Origin: a bacterium | GTDB lineage: Bacteria; Fidelibacterota; Marinisomatia; Marinisomatales; JAHJCW01 | Assembly: GCA_028282845.1 (NCBI GenBank) | Contig: JANQGY010000015.1 | Location: 77,372-141,371, forward strand | Reading direction: 5' to 3' | Length of the DNA: 64,000 nucleotides | Shown: piece by piece, positions 44,655 through 53,157 of the stretch | Numbering within the stretch: position 1 is the first letter of the stretch | Layout: each line of letters begins with the position of its first letter | Translations under genes and position numbers: made by a program | The notes under the pieces: model-generated | What the model saw: only the letters and a program-made list of their open reading frames with translations | Told to the model about the DNA's origin: nothing | Database searches by the model: none

Positions 44655-45701
44655 TTATTTTGAATTTAGAAACTTCTCTCTCTGATCCTTGAAATATTGA
44701 TCATTGGGTCGCAATTTAATACATTCATCAATTACCTTAATCGCTTCATCCGTTCTGCCCATCTTCCATAATATTTCGGCTTCGGTATCTTTATAACCTG
44801 CTACAGTTTCTCGGTCATAGGCCTTTGTCATTTTAATAGCATCTCGAATTTTTTCTAACGCTTTTTCAAGATTCATTTCCAATTCACTCATGCGCCAGGC
44901 AAAACTATTGTAAATACTTGCCGTATATGATTTGGTTAATTCCAATAGATTGATATATCGCCGCCAAGCATCAGCTTCGGCTTCTTTATCCTTTTGTTTC
45001 CTAAGAATTGAAATTACGCTTCTAAATGCGTACTGTGAATATTCACTATTTAAATTTTCCGCAATAAATATTTCAAGATCAGTTGCATCCTCAGCAATAA
45101 ATGAATTGAGTTCTACTAATTTATAATATACAAAATCCTTGTCACCTACACCGGCATCGGCAACCGTTTTCCAAACATCACGTGCGGCGACAAGATCACC
45201 CTTATCTTCATATTTACTTGCTAATTCCGTCCATAACTCAAAGTTATCCGGATCATTAGTGGTCTTACTTATGAGATCAGGAATTGTGCCTTCTCCACTT
45301 TGGATCCTCTTCAATTCTTTAAGAAATACATTGGATGGTCTATAACCGATAATGCGGTCTATTTCCGAACTATCCTGATCAACAAAAACAATTGATGGGA
45401 ATCCTCTGATATGATAATGATCCACTAAAGCTTTGCCTTCTTCCTCTTCAAGCCGCATTTTAACAGCAAGCATGTTCTCATTTAGAAAATCTATTACATC
45501 AAGATTTGTAAATACATCGGCATCCAGCCGGACACACCAGCTTCACCCGTCTTTTACAAAGTCTATCATTACATATTTATCACCGGCTGATTCTAATATT
45601 TCAGCAAATGTTTTACTTTTTTCCCATTTTATGGAAGGTTCTTTTTTCTGACATGAAAATAGAATTAGTAAGGCCAATAATATTGACAATCGTTTCATCA
45701 T
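44655..45701 (-). CDS. Thioredoxin-fold plus TPR lipoprotein with in-frame TGA at the CxxC position (candidate selenoprotein, U-S-W-C)
   Basis: The frame is continuous from ATG 45701 to stop 44655 except for TGA 45545-45543. The N-terminus is MMKRLSILLALLILFSC (lipobox), followed by ...MIDFVKDG-U-SWCVRLD... in a Trx fold. The start overlaps the upstream stop (ATGA). The track shows only the 272-aa distal part. Confidence 0.68.
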
Positions 45702-46096
45702 TTATCCTTTAGTATATTGATTATTTCCTTAGGAGGTTTAACCGCCTTTCCGATTTTATTGATGAAGGAATGAATGGTCTCGCCATTTGCGCACAAAATA
45801 TTACCCGATTTCATAACTTCATATTCAATTTTTAGTTTTGATCGAGGTCGATCTTTAATTTTTGTAATTATTATAATATCATCATCAAATTTAACCGGAT
45901 TTTTATAACTGCAATTACAGGCTATAACCGGTAAATAATACCCTGCTTTTTCTATGTCGGGGACACTGATCCCCACAGAGCGTAATAATTCCGTTCTTGC
46001 TTCTTCAAAATATTCAAAATAACGGGCATAATATACCACTCCCATTTGATCAACATCGCGGTAATAAACGTGTACTTTATGCTTATATTCAATCAT
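45698..46096 (-). CDS. Acyl-CoA thioesterase, YbgC/4HBT family
   Basis: VHVYYRDVDQMGVVYYARYFEYFEEARTELLR is a hotdog fold with the catalytic Asp. Confidence 0.85.
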   Translation of the reverse strand: MIEYKHKVHVYYRDVDQMGVVYYARYFEYFEEARTELLRSVGISVPDIEKAGYYLPVIACNCSYKNPVKFDDDIIIITKIKDRPRSKLKIEYEVMKSGNILCANGETIHSFINKIGKAVKPPKEIINILKDK

Positions 46097-47052
46097 GCTT
46101 CAACTGTAAAGGCACCGATCTTGTCATATCGTTCAATACGATTGTCAAATAATGATTCTTTGGGAATTTTTTTGAATGCTTTCAATTCGTCTTTCAAAAT
46201 TTTCTTCAACAATGCAAACATCTTATACGGATCACTATGCGCACCGCCGATTGGTTCCTTAATAATTTTATCGCAGATACCCATTTCTTCAAGGTCCGCG
46301 GAAGTAACTTTTAAAGCTTCGGCGGCTCGTTTGGCTTTCCCCGAATCATGCCATAGAATTGAGGCACAGCCCTCAGGAGTAATAACTGAATACCAAGAAT
46401 TCTCCAACATCAGCATCCGGTCACAAATACCAATTCCCAAAGCTCCGCCACTGGCTCCCTCACCTATTACAACCGCAATAATTGGCGTTTTCAATTTTGA
46501 CATTTCCAACAAATTCTTTGCAATGGCTTCGCCCTGTCCGCGTTCCTCAGCACCAATCCCCGGATAAGCTCCCGGAGTATCAATTAGGGATATGATCGGC
46601 AAATTATACTTTTCTGCTAATTTCATAATTCTCAACGCCTTGCGATAACCTTCCGGTCGCATCATGCCGAAATTGCGCGATATATTATCTTTTGTATTCC
46701 TTCCTTTTTGCTGTGCGACAAAAGCAACTTTATATTCATCTATTGATCCAATTCCAGTAATTACGGCGGCATCATCGCCAAAATGGCGATCACCATGTAA
46801 TTCAATAAAATCCGGAGCAAGCGCATTTATATAATCCAAACTATAGGGACGTTGCGGGTGGCGGGCTAATTGAACGCGCTGCCACCGGTTCAATTTTGAG
46901 TGAATCCCCGTAATAATTTTATCACGTTTCGATTCCAAGGCTGCCAAATCTGAATTACCGCCATTGCCCTTATCTATGAGTGCTTTGCGCTCAGCAATCT
47001 TATCATCAATATCTTTAATTGGCTTTTCAAAGTCCAAATATTCTCGGTCCAT
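46093..47052 (-). CDS. accA: Acetyl-CoA carboxylase carboxyltransferase alpha subunit
   Basis: LDFEKPI..., IDTPGAYPGIGAEERGQGEAIA. ATG 47052 is used because the track start is TTG four codons upstream. Confidence 0.95.
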   Translation of the reverse strand: MDREYLDFEKPIKDIDDKIAERKALIDKGNGGNSDLAALESKRDKIITGIHSKLNRWQRVQLARHPQRPYSLDYINALAPDFIELHGDRHFGDDAAVITGIGSIDEYKVAFVAQQKGRNTKDNISRNFGMMRPEGYRKALRIMKLAEKYNLPIISLIDTPGAYPGIGAEERGQGEAIAKNLLEMSKLKTPIIAVVIGEGASGGALGIGICDRMLMLENSWYSVITPEGCASILWHDSGKAKRAAEALKVTSADLEEMGICDKIIKEPIGGAHSDPYKMFALLKKILKDELKAFKKIPKESLFDNRIERYDKIGAFTVEA

Positions 47053-47053
47053 A

Positions 47054-49120
47054 TTAATTTCCAAAAATAGATTTTAATATTATTTCCATATCCAAAGTCA
47101 AGCTTTGATTTTGGACATAATAATGATCCAAAACATTCCTGTCCGACCGGCTATATTTTGATTTACGGAGTTTCGCCAATCCGGTAATACCGGGTTTGCA
47201 GATCAATTTTGGATCAGTTACATCAACAGGGACTAAGACTGTCCCCACAAAACTCATATCACCCTTTAAAACAGAAATCAAATATAATAATTTTTGTGCG
47301 AATCCGTTACCATGTTTATTAGTATTGATAACTATCTTACGGCCATTCATACCCCAATACACTCTTTTTGCGACTCTTTTTGAAATGAAATTAATAAATA
47401 CAATCGGCGAAAAAAGTATCAATAATATTATTGCTAAAACTATATCGAACAACCTTTTAGTGATCTTATGTAACTTATGAAACATATTGTATTCAATATT
47501 TACAAAAGAATAATCACCAACATCTTCTACGGAAGCTTTCCCTAATAGTACTTCCTGATTACGAGGAACCATCCGGTACGTCAAATGCAGATCTTTCGTA
47601 CTATCCATAATTTCCAATATTTCCTGATTAGAATATGAATCAGTGGAGAATATCATTTCATTAATACTGTGTTTCTTGATAATATCTCTTAAATCAGCAA
47701 TTGATCCTAAAAATGGCGCTACCAAACTATTACTGTCAATACTGAGATCATGATCAATAAATCCCACAATATCTAAACCTGTATCGAACCGATTTTGAAT
47801 GTTATTTGCAATCTTTAGCGCTTCCTTATCGGTTCCTATAATAACAGTCTTGCGAGTAAATAAGATATGATGCCTTTCTCTAGTTTGCTTGATAAATCCT
47901 TTCGACATCAAATAGTGCGCTAATATCCTCCAACCGGGGATTAAAACAGTGATAATCATAGTTGCGACAATAATTACTAATCTTGAAAAAGCATATTGTT
48001 TAAAGAAGAAAGTGAAAACAGCTGCTAAGAAGAAACCGGACAATGAAGCTAAAATCGCTCTTGTATATGATAATATATATTTTGAATACAGTTCAAACAT
48101 AGCACAGACAATAATCCAAAATATTATGTAAACACCGGGGATTAGTCCCTTACTAACCGTAAAAGCATCTAAACTGTTCAGCCGCAACGGGAAAGCAATT
48201 AAGAAAGCGATCAGGACTGCCAAACTATCAAACAGCACCGAAACTATTTGAGAGCGACGATTATTTATCAATGAAATAAATTTTCGAATAACTATCCCGC
48301 TTCTGATAACTAATTTGGTTAGAAATCCTTTACTTCTTGAAAAATGCTTCTCTGAAAATATAATCATCGCATTGTAAAACGCGTTTAGACTATCATACGG
48401 TGCAGATTTAACCGATTCGCCCTGATAATGAATAATTTGAGTTGTAGGTAAATAATGAATCTCAAAATCATGTTTATATATTTGGTAACATAAATCCAAA
48501 TCTTCTCCGAACATGAAATACTGCTCATCAAAACCGCCAATTTTGTTAAATAGCTCGCCCCGGATAAACATGCACGAACCACTGATTGCTTCAACGGTAT
48601 GAATTTTATCAGGATCTAAATAGTTCAGATTATATTTTCCGGTCCATTTTGATTTGGGAAATATTTTGTCCAATCCCAATATTTTAGGCAAAGCTACAGC
48701 GATTGTTGGAAATGATCGTTTGCAGCCTTTCTGCAACGATCCGTCAGAATTAACGATCTTAGGTCCGACCAAGCCCACATTTTTATTCTCTTGAAGATAT
48801 TTCACAAAGGTCGAGATTGTACCTTCTTCAATGATAGTGTCCGGATTAAGGATAAGTAAATAATCACCGGTTGCATTTTTAGCAGCCTGATTAACCGCTT
48901 TCCCAAAACCAACATTAGCATCATTTTGGATTGTAGCAACTTCACTATGCTTTAATTTTATCTCGGAAAGCGATCCATCAAAAGAATTATTATCAACTAC
49001 TATGATCTCTACATTGCCATTATAATCGGAACGTTTGATAGAATCAATACAATGAACAATGTATTGCTTAACATTGTAACTTACGATCAGAACAGATATT
49101 TTGGGGAGAGCTGAAGTCAC
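47054..49120 (-). CDS. Family-2 glycosyltransferase fused to a large polyprenyl-phosphate glycosyl-phosphotransferase (WbaP-like) module with degenerate catalytic motifs
   Basis: The N-terminal ISVLIVSYN...VVDNNSFDGS is GT2. It is followed by TM helices, a Rossmann-like segment (VIIGTDKEALKIA) and a Bac_transf-like C-terminus (VLKGDMSFVG, KPGITGLAKL). GTG start overlaps the upstream stop (GTGA). Confidence 0.82.
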   Translation of the reverse strand: MTSALPKISVLIVSYNVKQYIVHCIDSIKRSDYNGNVEIIVVDNNSFDGSLSEIKLKHSEVATIQNDANVGFGKAVNQAAKNATGDYLLILNPDTIIEEGTISTFVKYLQENKNVGLVGPKIVNSDGSLQKGCKRSFPTIAVALPKILGLDKIFPKSKWTGKYNLNYLDPDKIHTVEAISGSCMFIRGELFNKIGGFDEQYFMFGEDLDLCYQIYKHDFEIHYLPTTQIIHYQGESVKSAPYDSLNAFYNAMIIFSEKHFSRSKGFLTKLVIRSGIVIRKFISLINNRRSQIVSVLFDSLAVLIAFLIAFPLRLNSLDAFTVSKGLIPGVYIIFWIIVCAMFELYSKYILSYTRAILASLSGFFLAAVFTFFFKQYAFSRLVIIVATMIITVLIPGWRILAHYLMSKGFIKQTRERHHILFTRKTVIIGTDKEALKIANNIQNRFDTGLDIVGFIDHDLSIDSNSLVAPFLGSIADLRDIIKKHSINEMIFSTDSYSNQEILEIMDSTKDLHLTYRMVPRNQEVLLGKASVEDVGDYSFVNIEYNMFHKLHKITKRLFDIVLAIILLILFSPIVFINFISKRVAKRVYWGMNGRKIVINTNKHGNGFAQKLLYLISVLKGDMSFVGTVLVPVDVTDPKLICKPGITGLAKLRKSKYSRSDRNVLDHYYVQNQSLTLDMEIILKSIFGN

Positions 49121-49833
49121 TTATACCAACCGAATATCTTCCATAATCGGAAGCGCCATACATTGAACGCCGTCTCGATCATAATTGCCCGGTTCATTTT
49201 TGATTCACCGATTGTGCGATCAATAAATATAATCGGATGCTCATGAATCTTATATCCTTTTCGGTTGGCATGAAAATTCATCTCGATCTGAAAGGCATAA
49301 CCTTGCGAACGGATATTCTCAAGATCAATATTTTCTAATACTTCTCTTCGCCACACTTTGAATCCGGCTGTCAGATCTTTAATCTTCACTCCTGTAATTA
49401 CGCGCGAATAGAAATTGGCGCCATAACTCAGGAACAAGCGGCTCAAGGGCCAACGCACCACGCTAATTCCATCGCAATAGCGACTTCCGATAACTAAATC
49501 ATTATCTTTAATCAATTCCACCATTAGCGGTACGTCTTCGGGATTATGCGATAAATCTGCATCCATTTGGACAATTACTTGATAATCGCGTTTTAATGCC
49601 CATTCAAATCCAAAGCAATAGGCTGTTCCCAATCCGCGTTTTTTTGGGCGCTCGGCAATGAACAGATTTTTATAATTCTTTTGCAGTCTTTTGACAATTT
49701 GCGCTGTCCCGTCCGGGGAGTTATCGTCAACTACCAATATATGATAATCCTCATTGATTTTCATCAATAAGGAAATAAGAGCTTCAATATTCTTACTCTC
49801 ATTATAGGTCGGCGTGACGATTAGCGTTTTCAT
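49117..49833 (-). CDS. GT2 polyprenol-phosphate mannosyl/glycosyl transferase (Dpm1/Ppm1-like)
   Basis: It has IVTPTYNESKNI, VVDDNSPDGT and QMDADLSHNP. Confidence 0.88.
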   Translation of the reverse strand: MKTLIVTPTYNESKNIEALISLLMKINEDYHILVVDDNSPDGTAQIVKRLQKNYKNLFIAERPKKRGLGTAYCFGFEWALKRDYQVIVQMDADLSHNPEDVPLMVELIKDNDLVIGSRYCDGISVVRWPLSRLFLSYGANFYSRVITGVKIKDLTAGFKVWRREVLENIDLENIRSQGYAFQIEMNFHANRKGYKIHEHPIIFIDRTIGESKMNRAIMIETAFNVWRFRLWKIFGWYK

Positions 49834-50702
49834 CAATTCTTCCTAGATTTAATCTCTAATAAACTATCGCTTAATTTATTACTTTTTATATTTAAAGTTT
49901 GTTCAATTTTATCAGTTTTCAATCCACCTTTTAAGGGTCTCTTTGCCAATTGATTCAGTTCGGTAGTTTTAATCGGAATTATCAATTTGTGATCCAAATC
50001 AAATACGTCGGCTATCATTAATGCAAAATCATACCTGTTCAAATAATCAGCACCGCCATAATGATACAATCCTTTCACATCACGTTCAATAACAAGTTCA
50101 ATTATTTCTGCAAAATCATTTGTCCAAGTCGGATTATTAAACTGATCGTCAACAACATTAAGTTTTTGTCCATTCTTTAATGAATCTATTACCCATTTAA
50201 TAAAACTCGCTTTAGTTCCTTCTTGATAATCAAATAGAACATTAGTTCTAAGTATGCACCAATCCTTAAAATTCTGCGCAATAAATTTTTCAGCAGCCAA
50301 TTTTGTTTTTCCGTAAATGTTTATTGGCGAGGTTTTATCATCTTCACTATAGGGACCATTGCCGCCATCAAAAACATAGTCAGTTGATATTTGAATAAAT
50401 CTACAACTACAATATTGGGCTAAAAATTTGATGGAATTATAGTTGACATCTTCAGCTAAATCGGGCTGTTGCTCACACCGATCAACATCGGTGAACGCAG
50501 CAAGATTGATCACTATTTCAGGTGCATACCTTGAAAAAAATGTGTCTAATTCAGAAGGGTTCGTAATATCCAATTTTAAAATATTTTTATCCGCGTTTCC
50601 ATTTAAGTCAGTGAGAATCAAATCAAATTTAGTAGCAAGTTGAGAATGCAGTGCACTCCCCAACTGCCCCAAAGCGCCGGTGATCAATACCTGTTTACTC
50701 AT
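49833..50702 (-). CDS. rfbD: dTDP-4-dehydrorhamnose reductase
   Basis: It has VLITGALGQLG, STDYVFDG and YGKTKLAAE. ATG 50702 is used. Confidence 0.9.
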   Translation of the reverse strand: MSKQVLITGALGQLGSALHSQLATKFDLILTDLNGNADKNILKLDITNPSELDTFFSRYAPEIVINLAAFTDVDRCEQQPDLAEDVNYNSIKFLAQYCSCRFIQISTDYVFDGGNGPYSEDDKTSPINIYGKTKLAAEKFIAQNFKDWCILRTNVLFDYQEGTKASFIKWVIDSLKNGQKLNVVDDQFNNPTWTNDFAEIIELVIERDVKGLYHYGGADYLNRYDFALMIADVFDLDHKLIIPIKTTELNQLAKRPLKGGLKTDKIEQTLNIKSNKLSDSLLEIKSRKN

Positions 50703-50706
50703 TAGA

Positions 50707-51702
50707 TTATGTGGTCGAGAATGTATGAGCAATTACATCTAATTGTCTGATGAAAGTTGCCTTATCCTTGCCGGGGATAAACACCAACATATTCAGATTA
50801 TAAGTCCGATTGGTTTTTTCATCATACCATGTATAATTTAAAAACGGTCCGCCGGCAGCTTCATCGAGCGATTCCCAAATACCTTTAGTTCGCCAAGCCG
50901 ACCATTCATTAAGCCAAACCAACTCGGTCTCAAACTTATAGTCATTGTACTGGATACTCTTATAATAATTCAGTGGGAACTGTTTGGCATAAATTGCAGC
51001 TTCTTCTTTTTTCTCAAATAGGAAACCGTCTTCCCAATGAACGGAAAACCATTGATAAGGCAATTCACGCCCCAACCAAACAAAATTGCTGTCAGGAAGC
51101 TCTTTGATCACTTCCCATCCCCACGGAATTTGAAGTTCCCAACCATATTCTTGCTTAAGCCTTTCCGTAAGTTTTTTTAAACGGTCGCTACCAAGCAAAA
51201 ATTTGCTTTGTTTCTTTACGAACATCTCATCAAAGTATGCTCTGATAAAATCAGCTTTATCATCCAATTCCCGTTCAATCGAATTAATATCAGGACCGCT
51301 AATCACCATGAATAATTGTCCGCGTCCAAATTGGTCTTCTGAAAATATAACTTGGTCTTTTCCATTAATGGTTTCTTCGAAATTCTCTTCGCCTAAAAGT
51401 GATTGCACTAAGCTTGTTCCGGAAATATTCCGATCATTTCCAATGGAACCAACTACGAGATTCGATTGCCTTTTTAAATCGTTGAAACCCGCCGGATCGG
51501 CGTTAATGAATTTATAAAGAGGTTCGGGCTGCGGAGTATAAATGGTATCAGTAAAAATCTCAGCTAAAGCATTATTAATTGATTCTGAATGCTCTTCAGA
51601 CACGACGATCATAATTTCATCGGCTGCGCCGATGGTCTCGCGTTTTGTGCTACAACTAATGACCAAGCCCATCAAGAACAGGATAATGATATATTTTTTC
51701 AT
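50707..51702 (-). CDS. Lipoprotein, DUF4837-like
   Basis: It has the lipobox LVISC. The overall pattern (DEIMIVVSEE..., PQPEPLYKF) recalls DUF4837 from memory only. Confidence 0.55.
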   Translation of the reverse strand: MKKYIIILFLMGLVISCSTKRETIGAADEIMIVVSEEHSESINNALAEIFTDTIYTPQPEPLYKFINADPAGFNDLKRQSNLVVGSIGNDRNISGTSLVQSLLGEENFEETINGKDQVIFSEDQFGRGQLFMVISGPDINSIERELDDKADFIRAYFDEMFVKKQSKFLLGSDRLKKLTERLKQEYGWELQIPWGWEVIKELPDSNFVWLGRELPYQWFSVHWEDGFLFEKKEEAAIYAKQFPLNYYKSIQYNDYKFETELVWLNEWSAWRTKGIWESLDEAAGGPFLNYTWYDEKTNRTYNLNMLVFIPGKDKATFIRQLDVIAHTFSTT

Positions 51703-51798
51703 ATAATTCTCAAACAGTTTATTCTATAATGAGTTAATAAATTTAATTTATAATATACTTAAATGACAGTATCAATAAAATAGTTCACCGAATATATT

Positions 51799-53157
51799 TT
51801 ATATTTTCGTTAAAAATTGGATGTGGATTTTACCGTTGCTTAATTTATCCCCCCTACCAATACCATAGAATAATTTAAAAACCGAGTTTTTTGTAACTTG
51901 GATTAAACCTGTACCAACACCATAAGGTAAAGGACTATATTTAGTTTGGAAAGCTAAATCTGCAAACAGCGTAAATCTCTGACTTTGACTAAAATCAAAA
52001 TTATATTCAATATTTGAGATAATAACCCATTCGGATTTAAATGCGTCTTCTACATTACCTCTCAAATTATTAACACCGCCATAGCGAATAAGTTCTCCGT
52101 CATGAGTTTCTCCTTTACCAACCCGCTTCCCCTGTCCACTCAATTTGATAAAAATATTGGACTTTTGGGATAATTCAAAATACTTGCCAAATTCAGATGA
52201 TATACCCATACTCACCGTACTCGCGTCATTTTCAGTCCTTTCACCGACGTCGGCAAAAAGCCGTAACAAGTAACCGGAATTTGCTAACCAATAATTGTTC
52301 CGGTGATCAATTTGCCCTGATAAATAAATCGAACGGCTTTCCAGTTCGCCAATACCAAGTGAATCGCCTTTGGCAGTACTGCTAATTTTAGCAGATTTTC
52401 CTCCGAAACCGATCTTGGCAATCCCCGGCACGGTTTTGATGATGCCTACTGTTGATTCATTATTAACAAAATTCCCATCACGCAGATCTTGGCGATAGGT
52501 AACACTTACTCCAATCGGCAGTCCAAAGGGATGGGGTTCTTCAATAAGGAGATTTAATAATTGTGAATCTGAATTTAGACGCTTCCAATGTAAGTCAATC
52601 AGATTAGCCGAGCGCCATTGATTTTCCAAATGAAGATCAATTTGACCATTGATAATCCATTTATTATTGTTATTTGAGGCTCCGAATAAACCGGAAAAAT
52701 AATTGTTAAAATTTGTTTTCAGATTTAATACGGCACCGACTTTTTTACTATTTATCAGTCCATATTCAATTGTCGAACTATCGGTTATAAAAGAATTAAT
52801 ATTAACTATCCGTCTAAATTGATTATTGGTATTGATAAACGGTTTAATACCTAATAATGTTTTGCTGATCTGCTTGGATACGCGTTCATTGATAGCGTTA
52901 TTCTTATATATTAAAGTATCAAGATAAATCTCTTGTCGGATCGTATTATAATGGATGATACTATCGGAATTAATCTTATCCAATAAGAAATAATTACCTA
53001 AATCATCCCAGTTATATAATTTAGTCGTCAATTCATCTAAAATTGATTTAGCGGAATCAACCCGCAGACTATCCGAGTTATCTAAGATAATTAGCTTGGA
53101 TTGTCCGAACAAAAATATCGGAAATAATAAAGTCAATATATACCTAAAAATAGGCAC
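51799..53157 (-). CDS. Omp85-family outer-membrane beta-barrel protein
   Basis: It has a signal peptide and the C-terminal barrel motif RYGGVNNLRGN...EYNF. GTG start overlaps the upstream gene by 14 nt. Confidence 0.7.
   Translation of the reverse strand: MPIFRYILTLLFPIFLFGQSKLIILDNSDSLRVDSAKSILDELTTKLYNWDDLGNYFLLDKINSDSIIHYNTIRQEIYLDTLIYKNNAINERVSKQISKTLLGIKPFINTNNQFRRIVNINSFITDSSTIEYGLINSKKVGAVLNLKTNFNNYFSGLFGASNNNNKWIINGQIDLHLENQWRSANLIDLHWKRLNSDSQLLNLLIEEPHPFGLPIGVSVTYRQDLRDGNFVNNESTVGIIKTVPGIAKIGFGGKSAKISSTAKGDSLGIGELESRSIYLSGQIDHRNNYWLANSGYLLRLFADVGERTENDASTVSMGISSEFGKYFELSQKSNIFIKLSGQGKRVGKGETHDGELIRYGGVNNLRGNVEDAFKSEWVIISNIEYNFDFSQSQRFTLFADLAFQTKYSPLPYGVGTGLIQVTKNSVFKLFYGIGRGDKLSNGKIHIQFLTKI

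Noticed and set aside
45543-45545. Explaining the in-frame TGA by an alternative genetic code (TGA as Trp or Gly) or as a simple pseudogene
   Set aside because: TGA clearly terminates many genes in the window, including several ATGA/GTGA coupled stops, so the code is standard. A pseudogene cannot be excluded. However, a single stop exactly at the redox Cys of an otherwise intact, translationally coupled gene argues for Sec, so it is reported as a finding with that caveat.
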